From positions 62,001 through 126,000 of the forward strand of contig NW_013657635.1 in NCBI RefSeq assembly GCF_000142905.1: a stretch of 64,000 nt of DNA, in the 5' to 3' direction. Below, piece by piece: positions 20,769 to 31,902 of the stretch (position 1 is the first letter of the stretch; the number at the start of each line of letters is the position of its first letter). Origin of the DNA: Thecamonas trahens ATCC 50062. Its lineage: Eukaryota > Protista > Apusomonadida. The notes below the pieces were generated by a model. The model made no database searches and was not told where the DNA came from. It worked only from the letters and a program-made list of their open reading frames with translations. The translations under genes and the position numbers were made by a program.

Positions 20769-22082
20769 ATGTCGGCACTCCGTGAGCACTTTCTCCTCTC
20801 GGCTGACCATGTCCATCTCAACCACGGCTCGTTTGGCGCTACGCCCAAGGCGGTGTTGGCGGCTCAGAGTGCTGCACGCGAGGCCATCGAGCTTCATCCG
20901 GACGCTTACTATCGATCGACGTCTCGGGCTGCCTTTGCTGATGCTGGAGGTGGTGAGCTGGCCTCTGGCCGGGCCTCGCGGGTGGCGGCACGTCAGCTCG
21001 CGGCAGAGCTGTTTGACGGCGAGGCCGATCGGCTGGCCTTTGTGGTCAACGCGACGACAGCGGCCAACGCGGCGGTCATCTCGCTGCCTGATCTCAAGCC
21101 GGACGAGTGTGTGGTCGAGTTCTCGCCGCTCATCTACGGCGGCTGCCACGCTGCCTTTGCCCGCCAGGCCGAGCGCTGCGGCGCCGAGCTGGTTTCGATC
21201 AAGGTCTCAACGCTCGCCCCGAGCGTTGATGAGTTTGTGACGCCCATCCAGGAGATTCTGGCATCGCCGGACGCGCCGCGCATCCGCATGGTTCTTCTCG
21301 ACCACATTGTATCGACAACTGCCGAGGTTCTGCCTGTGGCCGACATTGTGCCTGCCCTGGCGGCAGCCAGGCTTGCTTCCGGCGGCGACTTTCACATTGT
21401 GGTCGACGGGGCCCACGTGCCTGGCCAGCTCCCGCTCTCACTGCGGGAGATGACGAAGCTCGGCGTCGACGTGTACATCGGCAACCTGCACAAGTGGATG
21501 TTTGCGCCCAAGGGCGCGGCCTTTGTCTACGCCGCGTCGGACGCCGGTAAGGCGCTGATGCGCCCGCCTATCGCCTCGCACGCCACCGGCGCCCGCCTCG
21601 GCTTTGTGCCCGAGTTTGACGACCAGGGCACTCGTGACGACACCGCGTGGCTCGTCCTCCCCGCCGCGCTGGCCTTTATCGATACAGTCTGCGGCGGGCT
21701 GGAGGCCATGCGCGCGAGCCAGGCGGCCATCCTCGCTGCAGGCGTCGACATGCTGACCACCGCGTGGGGCACGTCGTCGCCTACCTCGCTCGATCCCGCC
21801 GCAGGCGCCCTCGCCATCGTCCCCCTGCCGCCGCCGCCGGCCTTCCTTTCCCCGCCGTCGAACCACCACGCGTGGGCGCTCTCTGCCCACCTCCATCGGA
21901 CCGCCGGCATCACTGCCTTCACCGTCGTCCTCGACGGCGCGTACTACGTTCGCATCTCTGCACAGATCTACAACACGCCATCCGACTACCGCACCCTCGC
22001 CGACGCCATCACCGCCGTCTTCTCGGCCGCCTCACCCGAGGCCATCGGCTACGAGGACATGATCCCCTACTCGGACTGGTAG
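20769..22082 (+). CDS. PLP-dependent class V aminotransferase (L-cysteine desulfhydrase / isopenicillin N epimerase / Egt2-like)
   Basis: HLNHGSFGATP, VNATTA, VDGAHVPGQ, GNLHKWMFAPKG, GTRD, VRISAQIYN. Confidence 0.88.
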   Translation: MSALREHFLLSADHVHLNHGSFGATPKAVLAAQSAAREAIELHPDAYYRSTSRAAFADAGGGELASGRASRVAARQLAAELFDGEADRLAFVVNATTAANAAVISLPDLKPDECVVEFSPLIYGGCHAAFARQAERCGAELVSIKVSTLAPSVDEFVTPIQEILASPDAPRIRMVLLDHIVSTTAEVLPVADIVPALAAARLASGGDFHIVVDGAHVPGQLPLSLREMTKLGVDVYIGNLHKWMFAPKGAAFVYAASDAGKALMRPPIASHATGARLGFVPEFDDQGTRDDTAWLVLPAALAFIDTVCGGLEAMRASQAAILAAGVDMLTTAWGTSSPTSLDPAAGALAIVPLPPPPAFLSPPSNHHAWALSAHLHRTAGITAFTVVLDGAYYVRISAQIYNTPSDYRTLADAITAVFSAASPEAIGYEDMIPYSDW

Positions 22083-22470
22083 CCTGCCACCATGCACCGC
22101 TGCCGCACTCATCGACACGACACGATGCCGACCACATGAGATGTGGTCGATCACACCCAACCTGCACGTACGCCTTGCCAATCATGGCACACATCCCCGA
22201 TATTGTCAACCCCCCCCGCCCGCCCCCTTTCCCGGCACAACGTCCTGCCAGATACCTGTGACGTCATCCGCGACACGTATGGGCAACGATTAATCCAACA
22301 ACAAATTCTCGATTACTGGTCGGGAGTGGCTATCTTGCGGAAGCAACGACCGAGTCAGCGCAGCAGGAGTCGGGCGAGACAGCCGGTAGGCCACGGAGGG
22401 GGGGGGGGGGAAGGGGGTGGGAGTGGGATAGACATCTCTTCCGAACGAACAGCCTGTGTAAACCGCAAGT

Positions 22471-25400
22471 ATGAAGGTCTGCATGATAGAGTTGGGGCTC
22501 TGCCTGGTGGCGATGACGGTGGCGGTGGCAGCAGCGAGCCGTGATACAAGTGGCAGCGGAGAAGGTGACATGACTCCAATGTGGCATCGTGAACAATCGG
22601 CCCGTACTCATGGCGCCATCGACCAAAGTGGCAACGCCATCGATCACAAGCATGGACACGGCATCGATCATAAGCATGGACACGGCATCGATCACAACGC
22701 CGACGACAAGGCCATCGATGATAACGCTGACACGTTGGCCATCGATCACAGAGCTGATGACAAGGCCACAAACATGCTCCACTCGGTCGCCATCGAGTCG
22801 CCGCCGTCGCTCTTCTCCTTTGCTGCCCATCGCATGTCAGAGGCAGAGGCTGCTGCAGGCTGGCTACCGTCGACGTTTGACGCCGTTCTTGGCCCACGGC
22901 TGGGTAGCGACCTCGACATCGTGCCCGGCACTGCGCTCGAGCTGCTGCCGGCGCAGCTGGCACCCGGGGCAACGGCTCCGGTTGTGGGGGTGGTCGAGGC
23001 AGCTGTCCGCGGCAAGGACGGGAGTTTGCAAGCTCGCGGCGTGCTTCGCGGCGAGCGCGGCTCGTTCACCATCCACATCTCGCACGAGGCTGTGCTTGGG
23101 GACATTGTCCGGCTTGATGCTGGGCACGCCTTTCGGTGGGCGGCGTCTGGGAGCGAGGCAGCGGCGCACTTTGACGGCGACTACACCCAACAGACCGCGC
23201 GCCCGCTCAGTGTCCAGCGGGTGAGTCTCAACGACCACATCTGCACCCCTTTCCCGCTGCCCGACGGCGAGCGCAAAGCCGGGGCGATCGGACGACTGCC
23301 TGGCGGGCGCGACAGCGCACTCTCTGTTCGGGCGCCGTCTGTCCCGATCTACAACTCCAAGCCGGACTCGGCTTTTGTCATCTACCTGGACTTTGACGGG
23401 CACACCACGTCGGCGACGTCATCGTGGGGCGCGGTGAACGCAGAGCCGTACGACATCGACGGTGACGTGACCACGTTCTCGGCCGCGGAGCGCGACCGCA
23501 TCCGCATCATCTACGAGCTCATTGCCGAAGACTATCGTCCCTTTGACATCACGGTCACCACCGATGTGTCCGTGTACAACGGCGTGCTCGAGACCAGGCG
23601 GACGCGGTGCGTCTTTACCATCACCGACTCGTCGTCCCACGCCGGCGGCGTGGCCTACGTGGGCGTCTTCTCGTACCCGACCAACACCTTCCAGCCAGCA
23701 TGGGTCTTCACCAACCGGCTCGGCGGCGGCAACGCCAAGTTTTGCGGCGAGGCCGGCTCTCACGAGATCGGCCACAACATGGGACTCTCGCACGATGGCA
23801 CCTCGTCCGATGCTTACTACTCCGGCCACGCCGGATGGGCGCCGATCATGGGCGTCGGCTACTACCAAGACCTGGTCCAGTGGTCGCAGGGCGAGTACGC
23901 CGGCGCCAACGAGGGTCAGGACGACCTGTCGATCATCGGCTCGGCCTCCAACGGCTTTGGCTTCCGCTCCGACGACCACGCCGACATACAGCTGACCGCC
24001 ACGGAGCTGGATGCGTCGGCAACGCCGGCAGGCACTGGCGTCATCTCCAAGCGCGGCGACATCGACTGGTTCTCCATCTCCATTGGCTCGGCCGGGCCCA
24101 TGACCTTTGCCATCGACCCGGCTGTCACCTCGCCAAACCTCGACATCCGCGCGGCGCTGTTTGTGGGAGGCGCGCAGGTGGCGGTGTCGGAGCCGTCTGA
24201 CTCGCTCTCGGCGCGGCTGACCCACGTCGGCACGGCGTCCACCACGTATCACCTCTCGGTGGAGGGCGTGGGCAAGGGCTCGCCGACGGCATCCGGCTAC
24301 TCGGACTACGCCTCGCTCGGCGAGTACTCGATCGCGTACACCGGCCCGCCTCCGACAACAGGCCCGTCGTGCGGCAACTCGGTGGTCGAGGTCGGCGAGC
24401 AGTGCGATCCACCGGGCGGGTGCTGCTCGTCGACGTGCTCGTACAAGCCCATCACCTCGCCATGCTCAACAGGCCGCACGTGCGACGACCCAGACTCGTG
24501 CAACGCCGTCGGCGAGTGTGTCGGCGCCAACGCCGGCTCGTGCACTCCGGTCTGTGGCGACGGTTTTCGCGAGGGCAGCGAGGAGTGCGACGACGGCAAC
24601 ACCAGCGATGGTGACTGCTGCTCGTCGACGTGTACCCGCGACGCTGCCGGCACATCATGCGCGACTGAGACATGCAACGGCGAGTGTTCGGCGCTTGGCG
24701 AGTGCCAGACCCAGGAGTTCTGCTGCAAGACCGATGCGCAGTGCGACGACGGCAACTCGTGCACCATCGACAGCTGCGGGTCGGACACGATCTGCCACAA
24801 CGACCCAGCCGCCGCCGGTGCCGCCTGCGACGACGGCCTGCCGTGCACCGGCAACGACGTGTGCGACGGCGCGGGCGTGTGCGCAGGCTCCAACGAGTGC
24901 TCGCCTTCATGCGATGCGCGCGCCGAGTGCTGCCAGTCAACCTGCCAGTGCGAGTTTGGCTGGCACACCTCTGAGTCGTGCTCGGTCGGCCCGGCCGTGC
25001 TTGTCGAAAACGTTTCGGTCCGCGGCTCGCTATCCGATAACCTCGACGGTCTTGCCTACCGCCACAACCTGGCAGCCGGTGCCTCCATCACCATCCGTGT
25101 CCTCAGCTACTCGCCGGGCCAAGTCTATGTCTACGGCGCCTTTGGCGACGTCCCCGAGCGTCCGCGTGGCCTGGTCGCTCATGAGTACTCATCCGAGAAC
25201 ATGACTCTCTCCCGCCACGCCTTTACCGCCGCCGCTCCGCGCTCAGGCGACCTCTTCATCTCGGTCTTCCGTGCGCCCAACGTGACCACGACCTCATTCG
25301 AGATCGTCGCTTACCCCAACGGTTCCGAGCCACCGGCGCTCGGCATCGGCAAGTCCTCAGCATCAGCCACTCCGTCATCGGCCGTCATCATCGGCGTCGC

Positions 25401-25515
25401 CGCCGCCGGCATCCTCCTCGTCATTGCCGCCATCGTTACCACCATCGTCTACTGTAACCGCTCTACTCCCGTCGGCGCATCCACCTCGGACGTTCCCATG
25501 CCGTCGTACAAGTAG
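22471..25515 (+). CDS. Type I membrane zinc metalloprotease (metzincin) with Cys-rich repeats
   Basis: Signal peptide; IYLDFDGH; HEIGHNMGLSH; PIMG Met-turn; PPC-like domain; CGDG..E..EECDDGN and CDDGNSCTIDSC repeats; C-terminal TM. No introns. Confidence 0.85.
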   Translation: MKVCMIELGLCLVAMTVAVAAASRDTSGSGEGDMTPMWHREQSARTHGAIDQSGNAIDHKHGHGIDHKHGHGIDHNADDKAIDDNADTLAIDHRADDKATNMLHSVAIESPPSLFSFAAHRMSEAEAAAGWLPSTFDAVLGPRLGSDLDIVPGTALELLPAQLAPGATAPVVGVVEAAVRGKDGSLQARGVLRGERGSFTIHISHEAVLGDIVRLDAGHAFRWAASGSEAAAHFDGDYTQQTARPLSVQRVSLNDHICTPFPLPDGERKAGAIGRLPGGRDSALSVRAPSVPIYNSKPDSAFVIYLDFDGHTTSATSSWGAVNAEPYDIDGDVTTFSAAERDRIRIIYELIAEDYRPFDITVTTDVSVYNGVLETRRTRCVFTITDSSSHAGGVAYVGVFSYPTNTFQPAWVFTNRLGGGNAKFCGEAGSHEIGHNMGLSHDGTSSDAYYSGHAGWAPIMGVGYYQDLVQWSQGEYAGANEGQDDLSIIGSASNGFGFRSDDHADIQLTATELDASATPAGTGVISKRGDIDWFSISIGSAGPMTFAIDPAVTSPNLDIRAALFVGGAQVAVSEPSDSLSARLTHVGTASTTYHLSVEGVGKGSPTASGYSDYASLGEYSIAYTGPPPTTGPSCGNSVVEVGEQCDPPGGCCSSTCSYKPITSPCSTGRTCDDPDSCNAVGECVGANAGSCTPVCGDGFREGSEECDDGNTSDGDCCSSTCTRDAAGTSCATETCNGECSALGECQTQEFCCKTDAQCDDGNSCTIDSCGSDTICHNDPAAAGAACDDGLPCTGNDVCDGAGVCAGSNECSPSCDARAECCQSTCQCEFGWHTSESCSVGPAVLVENVSVRGSLSDNLDGLAYRHNLAAGASITIRVLSYSPGQVYVYGAFGDVPERPRGLVAHEYSSENMTLSRHAFTAAAPRSGDLFISVFRAPNVTTTSFEIVAYPNGSEPPALGIGKSSASATPSSAVIIGVAAAGILLVIAAIVTTIVYCNRSTPVGASTSDVPMPSYK

Positions 25516-25814
25516 CCGTTCACGATACCATCGTTCGGGTGCGTGGTCACCAGCCTCAAACAGTGAACAACAACTCCTTCCCCCCTTCGTCAATTTTTTT
25601 TCACTCCACCCCCCACCCCCCTCATGTCATGCCCTCCCCCATGTCGTCATGTCGTGTCGCCATGTCGCCCTCCCCCTCCCCCCCCCGCTCTGCCCCCTCC
25701 CCCCCCCCCTCCCCCCCCTACACATACACATACCACCACCAACCACTTCACCCCTCCTCACCCCCTCACCCCCTCACCCCCTCACCCCACCCTCCCCTTT
25801 CCCCTCCCCAGTGC

Positions 25815-27152
25815 ATGCTCCGAGTGGTCCCTCTTCGGTCACTCCGGGCTGCCGCCATGTCGCTCTCCCGCTTCGCCTCTGCGCCCGTCCTCCCGTACGC
25901 GGCTCGCTCGCCGACGTCATCGTCACCGTCATCATCATCGTCACCGTCATCATTCCCGGCAGCATTCTCCTCTGCTGCATCGCAGGCATCAGGCGGAGGC
26001 GCAGTGGCAGCGGCGGCAGCAGTCGCAGCTGAAGGCGTCGAGGATGCTGTGGGCTGGAGCCCGCCGTCGCTCGGTCGTGTTCCCTCGTTTGTCCGCATTG
26101 TGGAGGTCGCTCCGCGTGATGGTCTCCAGGCACTGCAGACAGACGCAGAGATCACGGTCGATACCAAGATCTCGCTCATCCAGCAGTTGGCTCACGCCGG
26201 CCTGCGCAGTATCGAGGCTGGTTCGTTTGTCTCGGCAGAGTGGGTCCCGCTCATGAAGGGTTCGGACGAGGTCCTCCGTGCCGTCCTGGCCGATCCGGAC
26301 ATGACCGATGTGGCCTTCCCTGTCCTTGTCCCCAACACGTACGGCTTCAAGCAAGCGCTCGAGGCGGGTGCCCGCGAGATTGCCGTCTTTACCGCAGCCT
26401 CCGAGTCGTTCTGCCAGGAGAACACCAACTGCTCCATCGCCCAGTCGCTCGCCCGCTGCGAAAAGGTCATCGGCCTGGCACAGGAGCACGACATCAAGGT
26501 CCGCGGCTACGTCTCGTGCGTCCTCGGCTGCCCGTACGAGGGCGAAATCGACTCGGCCATGGTGGCCTACGTCACCGAGCGCCTCTTCCAGATGGGCTGC
26601 TACGAGGTCTCACTCGGCGACACTATTGGCGTCGGCACGCCCGGCGCCACCGCCGCCCTCCTCTCCACCGTTCTCTCGGCCATGCCCGACGCCGTCGACA
26701 AGCTCGCCGTCCACTTCCACGATACCTACGGCCAGGCGCTCGCCAACATCACCATTGCTCTCCAGTACGGCATCTCGGTCGTCGACGCCTCAGTCGGCGG
26801 CCTCGGCGGCTGCCCGTACGCCCGCGGCGCCTCGGGCAACGTCGCCACCGAGGACGTCGTCTACCTCCTGCAGGGCCTTGGCGTCGAGTGCGGCGTTGAC
26901 CTCTCACGCCTCTGTGCCATCGGCCACTTTATCACATCGGAGCTCGGCGCTCCGTACATGTCGCGCGTCGGCCGCGCTGCCGGCAAACGCTCGGGCTTCC
27001 GCCGCTCGCGCACCTTTTCCGTCGCCGAGGGCACCGTCCGCACTCGCTACCTCCCGCCCACCGTCCCGCGCAAGCGTGTCTCGGACGAGGAGGAGGCCCG
27101 CATTCGCGCCCTATACGAGGATCAGGACAGCGGCGACCTCGAGTTCAAGTAA
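25815..27152 (+). CDS. HMGCL: Hydroxymethylglutaryl-CoA lyase, mitochondrial
   Basis: EVAPRDGLQ, SLGDTIGVGTP, HFHDTYGQALAN, GGLGGCPYA.GASGNVATED. Confidence 0.93.
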   Translation: MLRVVPLRSLRAAAMSLSRFASAPVLPYAARSPTSSSPSSSSSPSSFPAAFSSAASQASGGGAVAAAAAVAAEGVEDAVGWSPPSLGRVPSFVRIVEVAPRDGLQALQTDAEITVDTKISLIQQLAHAGLRSIEAGSFVSAEWVPLMKGSDEVLRAVLADPDMTDVAFPVLVPNTYGFKQALEAGAREIAVFTAASESFCQENTNCSIAQSLARCEKVIGLAQEHDIKVRGYVSCVLGCPYEGEIDSAMVAYVTERLFQMGCYEVSLGDTIGVGTPGATAALLSTVLSAMPDAVDKLAVHFHDTYGQALANITIALQYGISVVDASVGGLGGCPYARGASGNVATEDVVYLLQGLGVECGVDLSRLCAIGHFITSELGAPYMSRVGRAAGKRSGFRRSRTFSVAEGTVRTRYLPPTVPRKRVSDEEEARIRALYEDQDSGDLEFK

Positions 27153-27909
27153 AAGCAATGCACGCCGCACCAGCTGCCCTCGCCTGCTCGTTGCTCACTG
27201 CTGGCTTGCCTGTCGCCTTGTCGTCAGTCTCCTGCAGCGCGTTGGCCAGCGCGTCGGCCGCAGCCTTGGCACTCGGCTGAGCGGCCAGCGCATCGGCAAG
27301 CTGAAAGGCCATGCCATTGGCGTCTGCATCCGGATCAAGCTCACCGTTGTTGTCGATCCGCACGGCGGCGAGCTCAAGCACTGCCGCCAGCTGCTGACCG
27401 TTGGGGTCGGGATGAGCGAGCTCGAGGGCCTCGGTCTGAGCAAACTCCTCGAAGGAGGTGATCGAGTCGCCAAGGCGCCCGCGGGCCCGCATGCGATGGT
27501 AGCGGACGCTTGGCTCGGCATCGACAGCCACTAGGACAAACGGCACGCCAGTCGGACCGTCGCCCACAGCAGCAGCCAGCTCGCGGACCTCATCAGGATG
27601 GCGGAACGAGTCGACGACCCATCGAGGAGCATCGCCCGCAGCCACGCTGGCGGCGATGGAGGCGCCGACCCTTGCACCAAGCACGCCCGCCCCGCCTTCG
27701 TTCCGCAGCTCGTTTCCGCGAGCAATCAGTGCCGCCCGGCTCGGATCGATGCCGTCGCCCGCCAGCGACGACCGGATGGCATCCGAGAGAGAGACGACCC
27801 GGCAACCGGCAGCCGCCGCCAGCGCCGCGCAGAGGACCGACTTGCCCGACCCGTTCAGCCCACACACCCCGACCACCAGCCCGCGCCCGCTCATGCCCGC
27901 GAATTCCAT
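27145..27909 (-). CDS. P-loop nucleotide kinase (dephospho-CoA kinase / UPF0200-like)
   Basis: GLNGSGKS Walker A, SLSDAIR, GNELR, VVDSFRHPDEV, VDAEPSVRYHRMRARGR. Confidence 0.75.
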   Translation of the reverse strand: MEFAGMSGRGLVVGVCGLNGSGKSVLCAALAAAAGCRVVSLSDAIRSSLAGDGIDPSRAALIARGNELRNEGGAGVLGARVGASIAASVAAGDAPRWVVDSFRHPDEVRELAAAVGDGPTGVPFVLVAVDAEPSVRYHRMRARGRLGDSITSFEEFAQTEALELAHPDPNGQQLAAVLELAAVRIDNNGELDPDADANGMAFQLADALAAQPSAKAAADALANALQETDDKATGKPAVSNEQARAAGAACIAFT

Positions 27910-28002
27910 CTGTTTGAAGGTGCTGTTGCTTGGAGTTGCGTGGTGCCGCAAGGGGGGCGGGGGGGGGGGGGGGGGGGAAGCTAGGCCAGGCGGGGCGAGG
28001 AG

Positions 28003-28219
28003 GTGAGTCGCGGCGACGGGGCGAGTCGGGGCGATGGGATGAGTCGGGGTGATGGGATGAGTCGGGGTGATGGGATGAGTCGGGGTGATGGGATGAGTCG
28101 GGGTGATGGGATGAGTCGGGGTGATGGGATGAGTCGGGGTGATGGGATGAGTCGGGGTGATGGGATGAGTCGGGGTGATGGGATGAGTCGGGGTGATGGG
28201 ATGAGTCGGGGCGATGGGG
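28003..28219 (+). repeat. 18-bp minisatellite (GATGGGATGAGTCGGGGT), ~12 copies
   Basis: Directly visible, with degenerate terminal copies. Confidence 0.95.
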
Positions 28220-28495
28220 CCAAGCGGGACGCGTCGGTTGTGCTCACGTGCACTGGACTTTGTTTCATGCGGGGACGATTAGTGATGCAGTGCTGTGGCA
28301 CACAGGCATTGTGGTCGGGATTTGTAGTCAATCTCGCGGCAATCTGCAGGTCGACAGCGTGATGAGCGGTGCGAGCTTGCCGACGCAAGACGACATGCTG
28401 TTGGCTGGCGCGTCCGAGAGCTCCAGTTCGTCGAGCTCGTCGAGCTTGGTAAGCTCATCAAGCTTTGAGCAGTTGTCGACGACGCAGTCACCGAC

Positions 28496-30055
28496 TCACT
28501 CACCGAGGACGGCGCGCGGCGTGCCGCACTCGCCGCAGAACTTTTGCGAGGAGGACGAGAAGCGGACGCCGCACTCGCCGCAGAACTTTGCGCGGCGAGC
28601 GGCGGTGGACGGCCGCGCGGCAGTGGACGGCCGCGAGGGCTCGCGCTCGCGCGGGCGAATGTTTCTGTGGCGACCGCGGGATCTTGCCTGAGCACCGACC
28701 TTGGCAGGCATGGTCGAGGCGAGGCGTCCACCGCCGTACCCGCTCTGCCGGCCGTGGCCGTCGTCGTCGTCGAGGGAGTCGGGTTCGGAGGCTTCGAGCT
28801 CATAGTCTGAGGGCGGATGGCGCGGCGAGCGGTTGGGTCGCGCATGCTGGCGCGGCTGGTCGGACGGTGAGGCACGAGGCCGGCGGCGCTGGCGGGGCGG
28901 CGAGTCCCGCGCGACGGCACCGCCGGTCTTGACGCCGCGCGCGCCGGCCTTGTGGCGCTCGCCGCCGCGGGCATAGCGGTTGTGTGTGGGCGGCGGCTTG
29001 GGGCGCGCCTCTGTGGTGGCGCAGCGGGGGATGTGGCGCGCGGCGACGGTCTCGTTGAAGCGGCGTGAGCAGTGCGGGCACTGGATATAGTCGTCGTGGG
29101 CATCGTACTCGGGCGGCGGGAGCTCGTCGAGGCGACCGGCCTTCTGGTACGCGGTGACCTTGCGGGCGTTGCGGACAGCGCGGATGAACGACTCGTGCTT
29201 TGCCCGCCAGTTGTTGACCGGCTTGGGCGAAGCCTTCTTGTGAACACCGGCCTTGACGTATTTGGCGGCTTCGGTGCCTGCAACCCGGGCCTTGGTCGAG
29301 TTGAACACCTTACGTTTCTTGCCCGGCGAGGCGGTGCAGACCCGGGCGTGCTTGTCGACGCGGTCGGGCGCAAACTTGCGGCCGCAGTGCGGGCACGGCG
29401 TGAGATTTTCCGGTGGCGGGGCGATGGCCTCGTCCGGATCAAAATCGTAGCTGGCTGACGGCGGGAGCGGGGCGTCATCGCCAGCATAGTCGTCGAGGAT
29501 GTCGGACGAGGCCGAGCCGTGGGACGGCGAGCGCGAGGCTGGCGAGCGGCGGTTGCGGGAGCTGTGGCGCGGGCGCGGCGATCGCGAGTGCGACGCGGCG
29601 GACGCCGGGCTGCGCGACTCGCCGCGGAGGCGGGCGCGGGCGCGGGCCTGAGCTCTGCGAGCCTCATCGGACGGCGGGGCCGAGGCGTGGGTCGACTTGC
29701 GTGACGGTGGGCCACCGCGGTTGAGATCGATCTTTTTTGCGCCGGGCTTGCACGAGCGCAGGTGGACCTCGAGGCGATCCGGGTTAAAGGTGCGGGCGCA
29801 GTGCGGGCATGCGGCGAGGGAGGACTTCCAGGCCTTGAAGGCGGCGTCGTTGACCTCGTCCTGGCTTGCACCCTGCGGCGGCGGCGTCGGCATCTTCTGA
29901 CGCAGGTGCTTGGGCAGACGGGCCTGCTGCTGCTTGAATTTCTTGAGGCACTGCTTCTGGTGGATGGCGAGCGAGCGCGTGCCGAACTGTCGCCCGCAGA
30001 TGTAGCAGGTGAGGCCCGGCATCGACTTGACCGGCCCGCGGTTGCCGGGGAACAT
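28496..30055 (-). CDS. C2HC zinc-finger protein (ZNF474/ZC2HC1-like) with C-terminal double zinc ribbon
   Basis: CYICGRQFGTRSLAIHQKQC, three CPHC.R.F......H...C fingers, and two FCGECG motifs. Confidence 0.85.
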   Translation of the reverse strand: MFPGNRGPVKSMPGLTCYICGRQFGTRSLAIHQKQCLKKFKQQQARLPKHLRQKMPTPPPQGASQDEVNDAAFKAWKSSLAACPHCARTFNPDRLEVHLRSCKPGAKKIDLNRGGPPSRKSTHASAPPSDEARRAQARARARLRGESRSPASAASHSRSPRPRHSSRNRRSPASRSPSHGSASSDILDDYAGDDAPLPPSASYDFDPDEAIAPPPENLTPCPHCGRKFAPDRVDKHARVCTASPGKKRKVFNSTKARVAGTEAAKYVKAGVHKKASPKPVNNWRAKHESFIRAVRNARKVTAYQKAGRLDELPPPEYDAHDDYIQCPHCSRRFNETVAARHIPRCATTEARPKPPPTHNRYARGGERHKAGARGVKTGGAVARDSPPRQRRRPRASPSDQPRQHARPNRSPRHPPSDYELEASEPDSLDDDDGHGRQSGYGGGRLASTMPAKVGAQARSRGRHRNIRPREREPSRPSTAARPSTAARRAKFCGECGVRFSSSSQKFCGECGTPRAVLGE

Positions 30056-30484
30056 GGCGGCGGGGGTGGGAGGGGGAGGGGGGAGGGGGAGGGGGGAGTG
30101 GGGGAGGGGACAGTCTACTGGGGATGTGGCTGCCTGCGGTGGGTGGGTGGGTGGGTGGTGGGCGGTGGGGGAGGTGGGTGGTGGCCTGTGTGACCTGTCG
30201 GCGGTCGTGGTGTGGTGGCCTGTCGGCGGTGTGGGTGGGCGGGCGGGAGTGGTGGACGGGTGACCGAACGAATTGTTCGATGAAATGAGTGTGGTTGTTT
30301 CGGGCGAGCCACAAGGAGGTGAACTCGCTTGGGATGGGGATTCTGGTTAATCAGAGTCGTGCGTTTGATGCTCCACAGTGGGCTCCAAGGTCTGGGTCTG
30401 AATCAGTGGTTGGGCAACTGGTTAGGTGAGATTGCGGTGTATGTAGGAGGGGGAGGGGGGGGGGGGGGGGGGCAGAGGCAAGAA

Positions 30485-31902
30485 TCAATAGTTCTTGGTC
30501 GGCGGGCGCCACTTGGTGAGGTCGAGGTTGGCAAAGTACTCGATGGTCTTGACAAGGCCCTCCTCGAGCTGAATGGTCGGCTCCCAGCCGCCGAGCTTCT
30601 CCTTGGCGAGGGTGATATCCGGGCGGCGCATGACCGGGTCGTCGACAGGCGCGGGCATGTGCACGATCTTGGACTCCGAGTTGGTCAGCCGGATCACAAT
30701 GTCGGCCAGCTCACGGATGGTAAACTCGTGCGGGTTGCCAGTGTTGACCGGGCCGGTAAAGTCGTCCTCGTTGTTCACCATACGGATCATGGCCTCGATG
30801 AGATCGTCCACATACTGGAACGACCGGGTCTGCTGCCCATCGCCGTAGATGGTGATGTCCTCGCCGGCGAGAGCCTGACGGATAAAGTTGGAGACCACGC
30901 GACCGTCGTACCTAAATATCGTTCGTTGCAAATGGATGCACATGCGTGAGTGAGGAGGTGGAGGAAGGGAGGGGGGGAAGGGTGCCAGTTGCCAAGAAAG
31001 GGTTGGCAGCGCAAGGCGCGCAAGGCGTTGATCAGAGAGAGAAACCGTTAAGTAGTTAAGTATCATCAGGAGATTAGGTTCAGACCTGTAGTAAAACAAT
31101 CATCACATCAACAGCGCAGCGGGTGCAGCCAGGGGGGGGAGGGGGGGAGGAGGGAAAGAATCGAGTACGTACGGGTGGAGGTTGGGGCCATAGGTGTTGA
31201 AGATGCGAACAATGCGGATCTTGGTGCCATGCATGCGGTTGTGGTCAAAGAAGAGGGTCTCAGCGGCACGCTTGCCCTCGTCGTAGCAGGCGCGCGGGCC
31301 GGTGCACGAGACGTTGCCGCGATAGTCCTCGGTCTGCGGGTGGACGAGCGGGTCGCCGTAGCACTCCGAGGTGGAGGCCTGCAGGATGGTGGCGCCGTTG
31401 TACTTGGCGAGGTCAAGCATGTTGATGGCGCCAAGGATGCAGGTCTTCATGGTCCCGATGGGATCCCACTGATAGTGGCCGGGCGCCGCCGGGCAGGCCA
31501 GGTTGTAGATCTGGTCGAGACCCTCGAGCTGGAGCGGCTCGCGGATGTCGTGACGGATAAACTCAAAGTTGTCCTTGTCCATCAGGTGGGCCACGTTCGA
31601 CTTTTGCCCGGTGAACAGGTTGTCCACGCCTGCAGCAGCCATTGGTTGCAAAACGGGCGGTGGCGGGAGAGAGGGTGGGGAGGGAGGGTGAGTCGGTGAC
31701 GATAAGTTGAAAATATTCTTGCAAAAGGCGACGGCAGTAATCCACGCCTCGGCCACCCCCCACCCCCTGGTCGCGCTCATGGCGCTGCAGCTTGCGTACA
31801 GATAACATCATGCCCCTCGCCGACAAGGCGGGTGCAGAGGTGCGAGCCAAGGAAGCCGGCGCCACCGGTAACAAGAATGCGCTTGAACTGGATGTCCGCC
31901 AT
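30485..31902 (-). CDS. UXS1: UDP-glucuronate decarboxylase (introns 31630-31799 and 30912-31172)
   Basis: [61 protein letters not shown]. Confidence 0.93.
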
